From: a virus
Length of the DNA stretch: 64,000 bases
Strand: one strand, 5' to 3'
IMG/VR virus record: IMGVR_UViG_3300010403_000001
Location: 1 to 64,000 of that record
Part shown: piece by piece, positions 27,319-37,272 of the stretch
How positions within the stretch are numbered: position 1 is the stretch's first letter
How the letters are laid out: every line of letters starts with the position of its first letter
Translations under genes and position numbers: made by a program
The notes under the pieces: generated by a model
Databases searched by the model: none
What the model was told of the DNA's origin: nothing
What the model saw: only the letters and a program-made list of their open reading frames with translations

Positions 27319-28125
27319 ATGTTAAAATGCGCATATTGCATCGTAACAGCAAAAAATGAGGCCGGATTGTCCGCTCACGTAAGGAGAGTTCATCCTGGCC
27401 GATGGAGAAAAACCCTGAAGGATTCATTACCTCCGGGGTTCAACATGGGAACCCCAGAACGTATAGTCCCGGCAGTAGCCAAAAGGGGACACAAGAAACA
27501 ACCAATCAAGTCGGATTGTCCGTGGTGTAAATTCACCTCGACTCATCCGCCGGCATTAGCCAGGCATATTAAGGGCGAACATTTCCAAAGATGGAAAGGT
27601 ACGCTCCGTGCAAGTCTGGGGCATAAAGTCACAGAGGATGATAAAGCTGCAGAGATCAAACGTGCCAAACAAAGGGTGTATAACGCCAATATGAGAGCAC
27701 GGTATGTCGCGCAGGGGTTAACTGCAACCGGTAAACCACGAAAGCGTGCTCGCAAAAAGGCGTATGTCCCCAAACAACCCGATGTCTCTGAGAGAATTCC
27801 CGTAAGGGAACTTCCATTGAAATGCCCTATATGCAAACAGTCTTACTCGACCAGGTCGATCCTTGGACAACATACCAGGGGCATACATCACATGTCATTA
27901 TTCGACCTGCCACCGTATAAACCACTTCCCGGTAAGGTTAGTGCCGAGCAGGTCGAGTCGCAATTCGATCGTGGTGAAGAAGTTCTTCATCACTTCGACG
28001 TAGAGAAAGCCGAAGTAGAGTGGCCAGATGATAAAGTGGTTATTACCATCCAGAATGGCACGACCACACTGGCCGGCAAAAACATGGCAGCCATAAGGGA
28101 GGCCATGGAAAAACTGGAGAAATAA
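27319..28125 (+). CDS. Protein with three C2H2-type zinc fingers
   Basis: CAYC..HVRRVH, CPWC..HIKGEH, CPIC..HTRGIH. Confidence 0.7.
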   Translation: MLKCAYCIVTAKNEAGLSAHVRRVHPGRWRKTLKDSLPPGFNMGTPERIVPAVAKRGHKKQPIKSDCPWCKFTSTHPPALARHIKGEHFQRWKGTLRASLGHKVTEDDKAAEIKRAKQRVYNANMRARYVAQGLTATGKPRKRARKKAYVPKQPDVSERIPVRELPLKCPICKQSYSTRSILGQHTRGIHHMSLFDLPPYKPLPGKVSAEQVESQFDRGEEVLHHFDVEKAEVEWPDDKVVITIQNGTTTLAGKNMAAIREAMEKLEK

Positions 28126-28126
28126 A

Positions 28127-28621
28127 ATGGCAAAAAGAAAAAAGTACAAAAGAAAAGCAGGAGGTAGCGCACTCAATGGTCTTCAGGAAGTCTTCCCGAA
28201 GGTAATGGAAATCGTCGATGCTGACGAACCATTACTTACGGAAGTGACTAACGGGGACGTACGACGGGGAGAGCAAAAAGATCATCGCATCTGCCCGTTG
28301 GCCGTTTCGTGTAAGAGGACCACCCATGCAGATGGCATATGGATTGGCCTATCACGGGCCTACGTCATTAATGGTTCCACTGCTACGAGATACAGGATTA
28401 CACAAGGGACAAGGGGTGAAATCGTATCCTTCGATAAGGGAGCCAGGTTTGAGGTGGGATTCTATATGCTGAGTGTGCCAAATAAGGCGTCCGGTCGTGG
28501 TGGTAGGATACCTGAAACCCGTACCGGTCCCAAGAAGAAAGCCCACAGGCAGTTCAGACACTGGACAACAGGAGTACGAACCGTCTTAGGAAAATACATC
28601 CCGCCTCAAGTATTCAAATGA
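28127..28621 (+). CDS. Hypothetical protein (VT..DV..G....C.LA family)
   Basis: Weak similarity to 37642/37993. Confidence 0.55.
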   Translation: MAKRKKYKRKAGGSALNGLQEVFPKVMEIVDADEPLLTEVTNGDVRRGEQKDHRICPLAVSCKRTTHADGIWIGLSRAYVINGSTATRYRITQGTRGEIVSFDKGARFEVGFYMLSVPNKASGRGGRIPETRTGPKKKAHRQFRHWTTGVRTVLGKYIPPQVFK

Positions 28622-28959
28622 CGTTCGCGGTTCAACTCACCATGTTCCAGCATGGTGTAGTCCGCTTGGTCACAGTCCCAGACTATGAACTGAACGGCGT
28701 ATTGAGCCATGACCTGGAAAAAATCTTCTACTACGGTCAAAATATTGTGCAGCCTAATGATAAACGGGTTTCGGTTAGCATGGGCGACATTATTTGGAAA
28801 GACGGTAGGAGATTTCTGATCATGGCTGAAGGATTCGAGGAGATGGGTCCCAAGGACAAGTTACCTGGGACCTTCCCATCTCTTTTACGAAAAGTATTAA
28901 CAATTAAACCATCTTACAATGAGAAAAACCAAACGCAGGAAACAACCCATAGTAGCTAA
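28618..28959 (+). CDS. YodL-like protein
   Basis: LEKIFYYGQN...SVSMGDII..DGRRFLIMAEGFEEM. Confidence 0.5.
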   Translation: MTFAVQLTMFQHGVVRLVTVPDYELNGVLSHDLEKIFYYGQNIVQPNDKRVSVSMGDIIWKDGRRFLIMAEGFEEMGPKDKLPGTFPSLLRKVLTIKPSYNEKNQTQETTHSS

Positions 28960-28978
28960 AATAAAAAGGAAACCAAAA

Positions 28979-30487
28979 ATGAGTGAAGAAACAGAGACAA
29001 AAGACAAGAAGCTCAAAGAGCCCGAATTCGTCGTCATGCGCGACGGCAAACTATTACTGAAAGCCTCTGGCTGGAAGAAAACCCACGAAGGCTTAACCAA
29101 CGCAGAGCAGCAGGAAGAAACCATAGTGGGTCTTCAGTATGATTTCACTGGCTATCCACTGGATGCGTATGTGGCTATCAACAGAGCCCTGGATGAAATC
29201 TTCGGTTACACCGAGGCGCTCAGAGAGGGATTCTGGGGAGAGAGACCACCGACTCGGATCAGTGTTAAGACTGGTCTCAAGACCGAGATGCAGGTGTATG
29301 CCGGGAAACTGGCACCGCCGGCATGGGAAGGGGGATACATCCAGATGATCGTTAAATCCGATAACCCGATGTCTCTTCTGTTGTATGGACAACTCAAGCG
29401 TAAGTTTGAGCCGTCCATCAATAAGGTAGTGGATCGAGCCAAAGAGCTTATACAGACAGAGAGCATCTATCGCGGAAGGGCGGTAGAACTTGATTTGTCT
29501 TATACTCTTCTGATGAGAGCGGGGGTGGTCCAATTCGATCCTGTAAAACATGCTCCCAAGTTCATCGATGTGAGCAAGCCACCATTACTTATCTTGCCCA
29601 GAGATGTACAGAACCGGATCGATATGCATATCTGGGCTCCGATCCGGAATCCGGATGACTTCCGTGTAAATAGGATCGCAGTGAAAGGGGGATCAGTGCT
29701 TAGCGGCCCGCCAGGGACAGGTAAAACCCTCACGGCGTTGCATACTGGCACTATAGCAGTGCAATCAGGCTGGAGTTACTTCAAACTGTTAACTCCAGAT
29801 TTCTTCGTGCAGGCTTACGAGCTGGCTCAGTTCTATGCTCCGTCGGTTCTGGTTGTGGAAGACGTGGAGAAAATCTTCGGTGGCCCTAGGACTCCGGAGA
29901 TGGACATGATCCTGGATAGATTGGATGGCATCGCCAGCAAGGGTTCCGAGGTGTTCACAATGTGCACAACTAACTATCCGGAGCAGATCAATCAGGCGGT
30001 TCGCAGGTCAGGCCGAATCGGGCACCACATCCAGTTCAGAGCGATGGATGGAGAAGCTGCCGGTCGATTCATTAACACCATCGCCGGGGACTTCCTGCAT
30101 CCGGATGTGGATCTGGAGCAGGTTGGCCCATCATTCGACGGTTTAGTGGCATCAGATGTCACTGAAGGTGTCAGCCATGCCAAGAAAATAGCGATCGCTG
30201 CATGCGGAAGGGAGATCAAGAAGAAGGTCACCGCCCAAATGCTGATCGATGGCGGAGAGATAGTGCGACGAGATAAAGGGCTGTACGCTGGCCCGAAAAT
30301 CACCCAGTCAGAGCTCAACCTTCGTATTGTCCAGGCTGCATTCCATGTCCAGATGGGTCGTGAAATCCCAGTGGAACTCTGGCAGGCCGCTGCAGAATAC
30401 GCTCGCACAGGAGAGAATCAGCCCGGGAAAGAGAAGCCGGCAAAAGGTCAGGAGGTTGAGGCTCTCACCGAGGGCAGCGAGGAGTAA
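28979..30487 (+). CDS. AAA+ ATPase
   Basis: Walker A GPPGTGKT, Walker B LVVEDVE, SRH TTNYPEQINQAVRRSGRI. Confidence 0.85.
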   Translation: MSEETETKDKKLKEPEFVVMRDGKLLLKASGWKKTHEGLTNAEQQEETIVGLQYDFTGYPLDAYVAINRALDEIFGYTEALREGFWGERPPTRISVKTGLKTEMQVYAGKLAPPAWEGGYIQMIVKSDNPMSLLLYGQLKRKFEPSINKVVDRAKELIQTESIYRGRAVELDLSYTLLMRAGVVQFDPVKHAPKFIDVSKPPLLILPRDVQNRIDMHIWAPIRNPDDFRVNRIAVKGGSVLSGPPGTGKTLTALHTGTIAVQSGWSYFKLLTPDFFVQAYELAQFYAPSVLVVEDVEKIFGGPRTPEMDMILDRLDGIASKGSEVFTMCTTNYPEQINQAVRRSGRIGHHIQFRAMDGEAAGRFINTIAGDFLHPDVDLEQVGPSFDGLVASDVTEGVSHAKKIAIAACGREIKKKVTAQMLIDGGEIVRRDKGLYAGPKITQSELNLRIVQAAFHVQMGREIPVELWQAAAEYARTGENQPGKEKPAKGQEVEALTEGSEE

Positions 30488-30544
30488 GGCTGGTTGATAT
30501 CATGGGCAATCAAGGGCAGATTGCCTACACTGAAAGGGTAAACT

Positions 30545-31048
30545 ATGAAGCATGAAGTAAAGCTAAATGTCAGCGGTGACAGAGCGATCGCTTTCATGGG
30601 AGAGGATATTATCAATGACACCACAAAAGACACCAATAAAGCCACCGGCACACGTTGGCATAGACTTCAGGTCTATATAACAGATGTTATTGATCCGGTT
30701 ACCAGAAAGGTCATCACACCAGATGGTCTTTACATGATTGGGGTTGGATTCATCACCTGCTGGAAGAAAACAGAACGAGACAAGTATTGGGTAGAAGAAG
30801 TTTCCAGGGGAACGGTAGCAGCTGATAATGCACGTGAAGTAGTACAGGCATTCCAGAAACATATTCCACCGGGACCTGAACCATCTGATACACCAGAAGA
30901 AGCAAAAGCGAAACAGGAAGTTATAGACGCGTACCTTGATCTGGTTACTTGGATAGGAAACGAACTTCAAACAGACGCAAGGGAAAAGCAAAATGAACCT
31001 CCGGGTGAATGGTCACCTGGAAACAAGACCAGTCTGCGCCCTGCCTAA
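30545..31048 (+). CDS. Hypothetical protein
   Basis: 167 aa. Confidence 0.5.
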   Translation: MKHEVKLNVSGDRAIAFMGEDIINDTTKDTNKATGTRWHRLQVYITDVIDPVTRKVITPDGLYMIGVGFITCWKKTERDKYWVEEVSRGTVAADNAREVVQAFQKHIPPGPEPSDTPEEAKAKQEVIDAYLDLVTWIGNELQTDAREKQNEPPGEWSPGNKTSLRPA

Positions 31049-31370
31049 TACTGGGTTTCTTAACTTACGCTCCATGCAGTGATCTTAGTATTGCTGCATG
31101 GAGCGTATTCATCTTTGGAGGACATTTATTATGGAAAACGAGGACGCCGGGGCCAAACCCGGTAAACACATCCCACCGAAAAAACCAGGTGGTCAGATTG
31201 TAAGGATAAAACGCATGGTAAAGAAACAACCCAAACGAAAGGAAAATAATGGCAATGGTGAAGTAATCATACAGCTACTTTCCGCCATTGCCCCGTTAGT
31301 CTTCAACTTGGTTCACAAGTTCATACAAATGAGACAGAAAAAACAACATAAGCGGAAGGGAAAATAAAAA

Positions 31371-31943
31371 ATGAATACAATGCAATTAGTCGAAAAGATA
31401 CCGATCGATCAGACGGCTCGTGCAACTCCGCAGGTTAAAAAATACCTACTGGATAGGGTGCGCGAGATCCGTAACAACCGAAACACGATTGAACAGGAAG
31501 CCAGACGACAGAAAAAGGACGAGATCCTCGACGCTTACAAAAAGAGCGTGGGGTATGACAAAATCGAATCCAGGCTGAAGAAGATACGGGCCGAGGAAGA
31601 GGAATTGAAAATTAAATCCCTGGAGCTTGGGATGAACCCATCTACTGGATGTCTCCTTGATATCTATGAGTCCAATGACAGGGTCTATGTCGACGGCAAA
31701 TGGATCAAGGTCACTACCGAAATGAGAGAAAAGATCACACGGGTAGTTGAACTATTGAAGGCAGTAGAGAAATCGGTGGGCACATTCTCTCCAATGGACA
31801 TCCTGGAAACACGGATGATGCTGGCATCAACAGTCGGTGAGGCGATGGCCATAGTCAATGCCGTCGCGGATAAAGACGTGTTCAAGATCGACCTTGGGCA
31901 ATTACAGCTGGAAGACAAACAAGGCGATAAAAATAAGAAATGA
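31371..31943 (+). CDS. Hypothetical coiled-coil protein
   Basis: 190 aa; overlaps the 3' end of the GT9 gene. Confidence 0.55.
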   Translation: MNTMQLVEKIPIDQTARATPQVKKYLLDRVREIRNNRNTIEQEARRQKKDEILDAYKKSVGYDKIESRLKKIRAEEEELKIKSLELGMNPSTGCLLDIYESNDRVYVDGKWIKVTTEMREKITRVVELLKAVEKSVGTFSPMDILETRMMLASTVGEAMAIVNAVADKDVFKIDLGQLQLEDKQGDKNKK

Positions 31944-33020
31944 CATTACGCGGTTAACAATATCATCCACCGGTATGGAATCCAGTGCTACGCATTTTAG
32001 TGCCTTGGCGCATGGCATCCCTGCCGGAAAATGATTTGGATGATCAGCATGAAAGAAACATGGCGCACAAGCAGCAACGCCGTCAAAAGCGTAAGCCAGA
32101 GAAGTGGTCAGTCGTAGTCGAGAAGGAAAAGGCCCATATAAGCCGATACAGGGAACATTCAAAGCAGAACACAGGTGAACCAAAGCGGAATCCGGCGAAA
32201 CGCAAACATCGCACGTTGAAACTAGTGCGGCGGATTGACGGAAACTTAATTTATGACCCATCAAGTTTATGAGATTTGGGACCTCTTGTGTTAGTTCGAT
32301 TTGACCAGGTTGGCCAATCAGGAACACCTGCGCTTTCTTGGCTAATGCCAACATTACCGCATCTGTCTTTGGATACGATCGGTATAATCCTGAAGCCAGG
32401 AACTGGATACCAACCCTTGGTAGATCCGTCAGTGGATATGTATCCCAAGCCCATTCCTTCTCTTCTGGCGTGACCCGATAATCGGGTTTTAAGTCTGTGA
32501 GGGTGATCCCGGCCCGGTGAGCAAACAACTGAGGCATACTCAGTTCTCGTGCTCTGGGATCACCCTCGACAGTGTCCTCAAATGCAATCAGGCTGTCGAT
32601 CCTGGTCTGTTTATCATAAGGGATCGGCATCTTCTCAACAATTACCCCCAGACCATCAAACACATCATCATACTGCTCTCCGCAAGAGACATGAATCCAG
32701 ATCTCGGGCCAGCGTTTCTTGAGCTCGCGGATGAGCGGTGTGAGCATGAGTAAATCACCAAACCCACCACCTCGCATCAGCCAGACATCCTTATTGTTCC
32801 AATCTTCAGATGGATCGAATTCATCAAACTCTATCGAATAGCTTTTAAGAAGCATCCGTAAAGCCCAGGTCTTGCCATCTATCTGAACTGGACAACGAGA
32901 GAGCAGCATCTGGCCAGTGAAAGCGTTGGTAGTGATGTATTCCTTTCCTGGCTCCAGTGATCGGCCGTTTAGTACAGGAACGGGAGCATCCAGGCCTTCA
33001 GGAATTTGTAGAATCTGCAC
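31902..33020 (-). CDS. Glycosyltransferase family 9 (heptosyltransferase-like)
   Basis: RGGGFGDLLMLTPLIRELK; SFRQSAALVSTCDVCVSPDSALVHLCSALNVPCIGLYGP. Confidence 0.9.
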   Translation of the reverse strand: MQILQIPEGLDAPVPVLNGRSLEPGKEYITTNAFTGQMLLSRCPVQIDGKTWALRMLLKSYSIEFDEFDPSEDWNNKDVWLMRGGGFGDLLMLTPLIRELKKRWPEIWIHVSCGEQYDDVFDGLGVIVEKMPIPYDKQTRIDSLIAFEDTVEGDPRARELSMPQLFAHRAGITLTDLKPDYRVTPEEKEWAWDTYPLTDLPRVGIQFLASGLYRSYPKTDAVMLALAKKAQVFLIGQPGQIELTQEVPNLINLMGHKLSFRQSAALVSTCDVCVSPDSALVHLCSALNVPCIGLYGPFPSRLRLTTSLAYAFDGVAACAPCFFHADHPNHFPAGMPCAKALKCVALDSIPVDDIVNRVMSFLIFIALFVFQL

Positions 33021-33573
33021 GTGAGTAAAGATGCGTCTCGGTAGTCGGTCCTGTTGAAAACCTCAGCTTGTAATTGTGATCTTTAAGCCAGTTGAGGATT
33101 TCATCTTTGTATGGGTTGCCTTCCCAGATCTCGATGGTCAATAATTCCGGAACACTACGCATCTTGGAAAGAACGGCCCATTCCATACCTTCGCAATCCA
33201 GCGCCAGGACATCGATTTCCCCATCGTCGACTTCATCAAAGGTAACCACTGGAACTGTATACCTGGCCATTGGAATTCTGTCCCTGGTTGGAGCCCAGGT
33301 TCCCTCAAGATACGATGAGCCATTGTTATCCAGTAGGACCTGGCTTCCTTTTGTGAAGTCTATCGCATAAGGAAGGATAGGGACATTAAACTGAGAATTG
33401 GCAGTAGCAGCCAGTTTAGGATGCGGCTCTATCAGAAGCATATGCCGGCATTTACCAATAAAGCCCCCAGCTACACTAATTTCCAATGGACCTACCGCGC
33501 ATTCACAGAATGTCCTGCACGGGAGTAATCCCATTCGGTCAGCAATCCATGATAAATCGATTTTCCAAATCAT
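32998..33573 (-). CDS. FkbM-family methyltransferase
   Basis: LLIEPHP...VPVVTFDE...IDVLALDCEGMEWAVL. Confidence 0.75.
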   Translation of the reverse strand: MIWKIDLSWIADRMGLLPCRTFCECAVGPLEISVAGGFIGKCRHMLLIEPHPKLAATANSQFNVPILPYAIDFTKGSQVLLDNNGSSYLEGTWAPTRDRIPMARYTVPVVTFDEVDDGEIDVLALDCEGMEWAVLSKMRSVPELLTIEIWEGNPYKDEILNWLKDHNYKLRFSTGPTTETHLYSRADSTNS

Positions 33574-33887
33574 GTGAATTTTCCATGCTTTTGAATCATA
33601 TTGTCCAGCATTGATTGCAATTCGGGATGGAACGCATACCCGAATCTGTCCGGACCCACGTCATAACAGGACAACTTTCCATTTCGATGCTCTGCTGGTA
33701 CGAATTGGATGAATTCTTTCTGCAATATTACGATTGCGTCGGCCCATCCACATAGCATGCTAATCGTGTCCGGGGTATTAGATTGAACGCCGCAGGCCAA
33801 TGCCTCGTGATTATATTTGTAGGTCAGTATGTATTTCAATCCAACTGATCTCACCTGCCCTCCCTGGCAGATTGTTAATACCTTCAT
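33570..33887 (-). CDS. Low-molecular-weight phosphatase-like protein
   Basis: KVLTICQGGQVRS (CX5R), WADAIVIL. Confidence 0.7.
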   Translation of the reverse strand: MKVLTICQGGQVRSVGLKYILTYKYNHEALACGVQSNTPDTISMLCGWADAIVILQKEFIQFVPAEHRNGKLSCYDVGPDRFGYAFHPELQSMLDNMIQKHGKFT

Positions 33888-34246
33888 AGATAGGTAATTT
33901 CTACCAGTGTTTTCTCTTCGTTGAAGTGATCGACGTGCCGTTGCCTTACTTCAAACTCAATGGAGTAAGGGTCGTCATCAGGAATCAGACGCAAATGCTT
34001 TATTGCGTCGAGGAGGGCTTTTGAACCACCTCCAAGGTTGTCCGCGTCACGGGGTCTAACCGTGAAGGCTGTAAAGCACACATGAGCGCGTTCGTAGCCT
34101 TTCGCTTTTCCTTGTAGTGCCTTATCCAGTGGCGTCCCACGAACTCGTTCAGACTCGGGATTTTGTAATCCAGTGTAAGGGTTACTTTCAAGGAAGCTTT
34201 TGCTGGCACGGGGGAATAGCTTCTTTAATTCCTGTGGATCAGCCAT
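33884..34246 (-). CDS. RusA-like Holliday junction resolvase (catalytic half)
   Basis: RPRDADNLGGGSKALLDAI...IPDDD. Confidence 0.7.
   Translation of the reverse strand: MADPQELKKLFPRASKSFLESNPYTGLQNPESERVRGTPLDKALQGKAKGYERAHVCFTAFTVRPRDADNLGGGSKALLDAIKHLRLIPDDDPYSIEFEVRQRHVDHFNEEKTLVEITYL
34000..34209 (-). CDS. Overlapping ORF resembling the RusA N-terminal half
   Basis: VTLTLDYKIPSLNEFVGRHWIRHYKEKRKA. Confidence 0.4.
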   Translation of the reverse strand: MPAKASLKVTLTLDYKIPSLNEFVGRHWIRHYKEKRKATNALMCALQPSRLDPVTRTTLEVVQKPSSTQ

Positions 34247-34476
34247 GCTGCAGATGCCCTTGCTTGCTTAGCAAACTCGGTAGGATGATTGCACAACAAG
34301 AATAACCCATGATCCAGATCATCATCTGAATATTCATCGTTCATGTGATTTTTCATTCCGATTTCGCTTAATGTTTGTTTTGATTGTTCCCCATACTGGG
34401 CTACCGCCTGCCTCTTGCTGGGTATTACACCATCCCTTGCGGCAGATAACATACTAAGTGCTTCCCACATCTTCAT
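34225..34476 (-). CDS. Hypothetical protein
   Basis: 83 aa within the operon. Confidence 0.5.
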   Translation of the reverse strand: MKMWEALSMLSAARDGVIPSKRQAVAQYGEQSKQTLSEIGMKNHMNDEYSDDDLDHGLFLLCNHPTEFAKQARASAAWLIHRN

Positions 34477-34753
34477 TGGTTTGATAGTATCCTATGATTT
34501 GGTCGAGTACATGGTTTCTGACTGCTCTGATATGTCGGCATCGAAAGTGATCGTAATTTGCCTTAACTTTTTTCCAGTCCGGGTAACGTCGGAAGGTAAA
34601 ATCCTCACAGTTGCAATTTCCAAGCCCTTTATTTGCAACGAGGTCAATTGAGTAATGAATGGCCGGGCGGCTCCTGGACTGGCACATATAATGACCTCTC
34701 CCGACTCTTGTAATCTTATGGCCACAAAGTGTTCTTTCTTTTACGTCAGGCGT
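34454..34753 (-). CDS. SWIM zinc-finger protein (proposed ACG start)
   Basis: CNCEDF...CRHI; GGAGG lies 6 nt upstream of the in-frame ACG at 34753. Confidence 0.65.
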   Translation of the reverse strand, partial: TPDVKERTLCGHKITRVGRGHYMCQSRSRPAIHYSIDLVANKGLGNCNCEDFTFRRYPDWKKVKANYDHFRCRHIRAVRNHVLDQIIGYYQTNEDVGST

Positions 34754-35306
34754 AGTTTGCCTCCAGTTTGATGTTTGCTCCCTGTGACATGCCGGCGGCA
34801 CGCACCAGGGTTTCGAATGCTTCAATGAAATTTGGGTCGGAGATGTGGAATTCCAGATATTTCTCGATCGTCAGACTGATCGTCATACTGGTTTCTCCGG
34901 TTTCACGTAATGAATACGAACCGTACGAACGTAATGTAGAGCCCAGCATCTCTGCAACAAAATTCTCAATCTTTTTTCGGTCCCAGGACTTCTCAAACTT
35001 CACCGGCACTGGCCGGCGGTTCCGGATCGGTTGATCCGGCTCCAGAAGGCGGACGGAATACGAGTATCCGCACAGGGTTAATCCCGCATACCAGAAAATA
35101 GTCTGGATTGCCCAGATTGTCCTCCCTAACTTTCCAATGAAACGCCCCTGATCGTGTGGGTCTACTGCCAGGAGAAATAAAGCAGAGTTTGGCAGGTGAT
35201 TTATCTCGGGATTGGGCGTCTTCTTAGCAATAACCGAAACGATGTGCTCCAGCAATGAGCGTAACTGCAAATATTGCGCAGGTTCGCGCTCTTGTACTGC
35301 GATCAT
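34746..35306 (-). CDS. KH-domain (KhpA-like) RNA-binding protein
   Basis: LAVDPHDQGRFIGKLGRTIWAIQTI with the GxxG loop. Confidence 0.75.
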   Translation of the reverse strand: MIAVQEREPAQYLQLRSLLEHIVSVIAKKTPNPEINHLPNSALFLLAVDPHDQGRFIGKLGRTIWAIQTIFWYAGLTLCGYSYSVRLLEPDQPIRNRRPVPVKFEKSWDRKKIENFVAEMLGSTLRSYGSYSLRETGETSMTISLTIEKYLEFHISDPNFIEAFETLVRAAGMSQGANIKLEANYA

Positions 35307-35351
35307 TTCGGTTCGGGTCGGTAACCAAACCTGAATGTCAATAACACTACA

Positions 35352-36149
35352 ATGAAGAACTACATACCTATATGGCGAAAATTACCACGATCGATCAAGA
35401 AGGAATATGAGAAAGGTTCCACCATTTTTGATCTATCCGTGAAGTATAAAACGGACACGGCTTCGATGCGTACAGCCTTACACGCTTTCGGTACCAAAAT
35501 GCGGCCGCCGGGAGGCAGGAGACCAGGTAAGGCCGGCAAACAGAGTAAAATAACAGACGACGATCTTCTCCTGATTTTGCGATGGGATAATGAGAATGTA
35601 AGCCACAGTGAAATAGCACGCAGGATCAGTGACAGAATCCACGGCAGTTTCTCGCGGGAAAGAGTTCGGCAAATCTGTGTCCAGGAGGGGCATGCTACGA
35701 GACGAGATCGGATTATTCCGAAGATAGAGCAGCTCAGGGCTCAGCGTCTTGTACGCCAACAAGCCAGGGATGATCGAATCCGGTCGATCTCTGATGCTTG
35801 GAAATCTGGTGCATCAATAGAAGAATTATCGGTGGCGATATTCGGTGAAAAAGTGAATGAGAATCGGTCCATCAGTAAGATTTCTATGTTTAGGAAGACT
35901 TATGGCGTGGAGTTATTTCCATACAGAAGACCGATCCATTGGTCCAGGGGAAATATGCGCCAACGGGTTAGGCGTATCCGTGAAATGAGCAGGGTGTGGA
36001 ACGAGACCGGGGATTATCATGTCATACAAAGGCAGTTCCATTACAAAACCTACGGTTCAGCCGTTGCTGGAGTAAAAAGATATAGAGACATGTTTCCTCG
36101 CATGTTTCCTCACAAAGACGACATATTAAGACGAAAATTATCACAATGA
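35352..36149 (+). CDS. Multi-HTH DNA-binding protein
   Basis: TIFDLSVKYKTD, SHSEIARR...SRERVRQI, ASIEELS. Confidence 0.6.
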   Translation: MKNYIPIWRKLPRSIKKEYEKGSTIFDLSVKYKTDTASMRTALHAFGTKMRPPGGRRPGKAGKQSKITDDDLLLILRWDNENVSHSEIARRISDRIHGSFSRERVRQICVQEGHATRRDRIIPKIEQLRAQRLVRQQARDDRIRSISDAWKSGASIEELSVAIFGEKVNENRSISKISMFRKTYGVELFPYRRPIHWSRGNMRQRVRRIREMSRVWNETGDYHVIQRQFHYKTYGSAVAGVKRYRDMFPRMFPHKDDILRRKLSQ

Positions 36150-36372
36150 AGAAGACGAAGAAGAAGAAACCACCATTACCAATGCACATAAGTTTCCGTA
36201 ACCATAAAGGAGACACAATCCATATTCCGGCTAGTTCCACAATCGAGGATTTGCTCGGTATGGGTATCAAGGAAATCAGGCTGGAGAGAAAGGGATCTTT
36301 CCTGCCTGATGGCTGGTATAAGAACAATTTCCCCTCAGAACATAAAACAAACAAAACACATAGAAAGGCAAA

Positions 36373-37272
36373 ATGAAGACAGATAACATAGTTGAATCAT
36401 TGAAGAAATACGGACTCAGGGTCGAACCCTACAAGCGTCCACCGATCGGGGACGATGTGTTCGCCATGACGATCGTACCACGCCATCGAGAAGGTGTGGT
36501 TCTCATGAATCATGGCAATGCCAGGATTCGGGTCCACGGCAGCAAGAAACTCAGGCAAGCAACAATAAGTGTCCACGAAGGTGGAAGGAAAGTTACCAGG
36601 CAGTGTAAAGCCTTCTTTAGCACTTCCATACCTTTAACAAAGCCAAGTCCTGATACCATGGGGCGGCTCCTCAAGAGGGAATTCCGAGTCGTTATGCCCG
36701 CGAACTCGGAATGGAGTGTTACGGACGTGAAAGACGAACTGGTAATTGATAATCCAGGGTATAAGAAATGGCGTATCACAGGAAACGTGACCGCAGAGGT
36801 TAAGGAACCCACCACGAATCACTTCCTGATCGGTATGGATGAAACTCGCCACTTCATCTCTCCGATTTCCAGACATGCCAAATCGGTTCGTGGCGCACAT
36901 CGGCTCCTGCGGACGAAAGGGGTACCATTTGGTGCACTCAGGCAAGGAGAATGGTTCTTCGTACCGTGTGATCCTGAAACCAGTAGGAGACTGGATACGA
37001 TCGCTACTAAACAATCTGGTCGTATTCAAATCCGTCAGCTTGACTGGACAACACATGTGGCCAAATCCGCCATCGAGGCTTATGCGGACGACGCTGGATT
37101 GGAAGCTGGCTGGATCTACGTCCGTGGATATGTCACGGACAGACGCACCGGCCATCACAGGTCGCTCTTCCTGGAGAAATGGCACAAAGTGGTGAAGAAC
37201 AAGGAAGCTGAAATCAAGGTCGCTTCCTTCCAAGAGGAAATAGCCCGTCGTCGGCAGCGGACATGGGACTAA
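36373..37272 (+). CDS. Phage protein (RQGEWFFVP motif)
   Basis: 299 aa. Confidence 0.65.
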   Translation: MKTDNIVESLKKYGLRVEPYKRPPIGDDVFAMTIVPRHREGVVLMNHGNARIRVHGSKKLRQATISVHEGGRKVTRQCKAFFSTSIPLTKPSPDTMGRLLKREFRVVMPANSEWSVTDVKDELVIDNPGYKKWRITGNVTAEVKEPTTNHFLIGMDETRHFISPISRHAKSVRGAHRLLRTKGVPFGALRQGEWFFVPCDPETSRRLDTIATKQSGRIQIRQLDWTTHVAKSAIEAYADDAGLEAGWIYVRGYVTDRRTGHHRSLFLEKWHKVVKNKEAEIKVASFQEEIARRRQRTWD

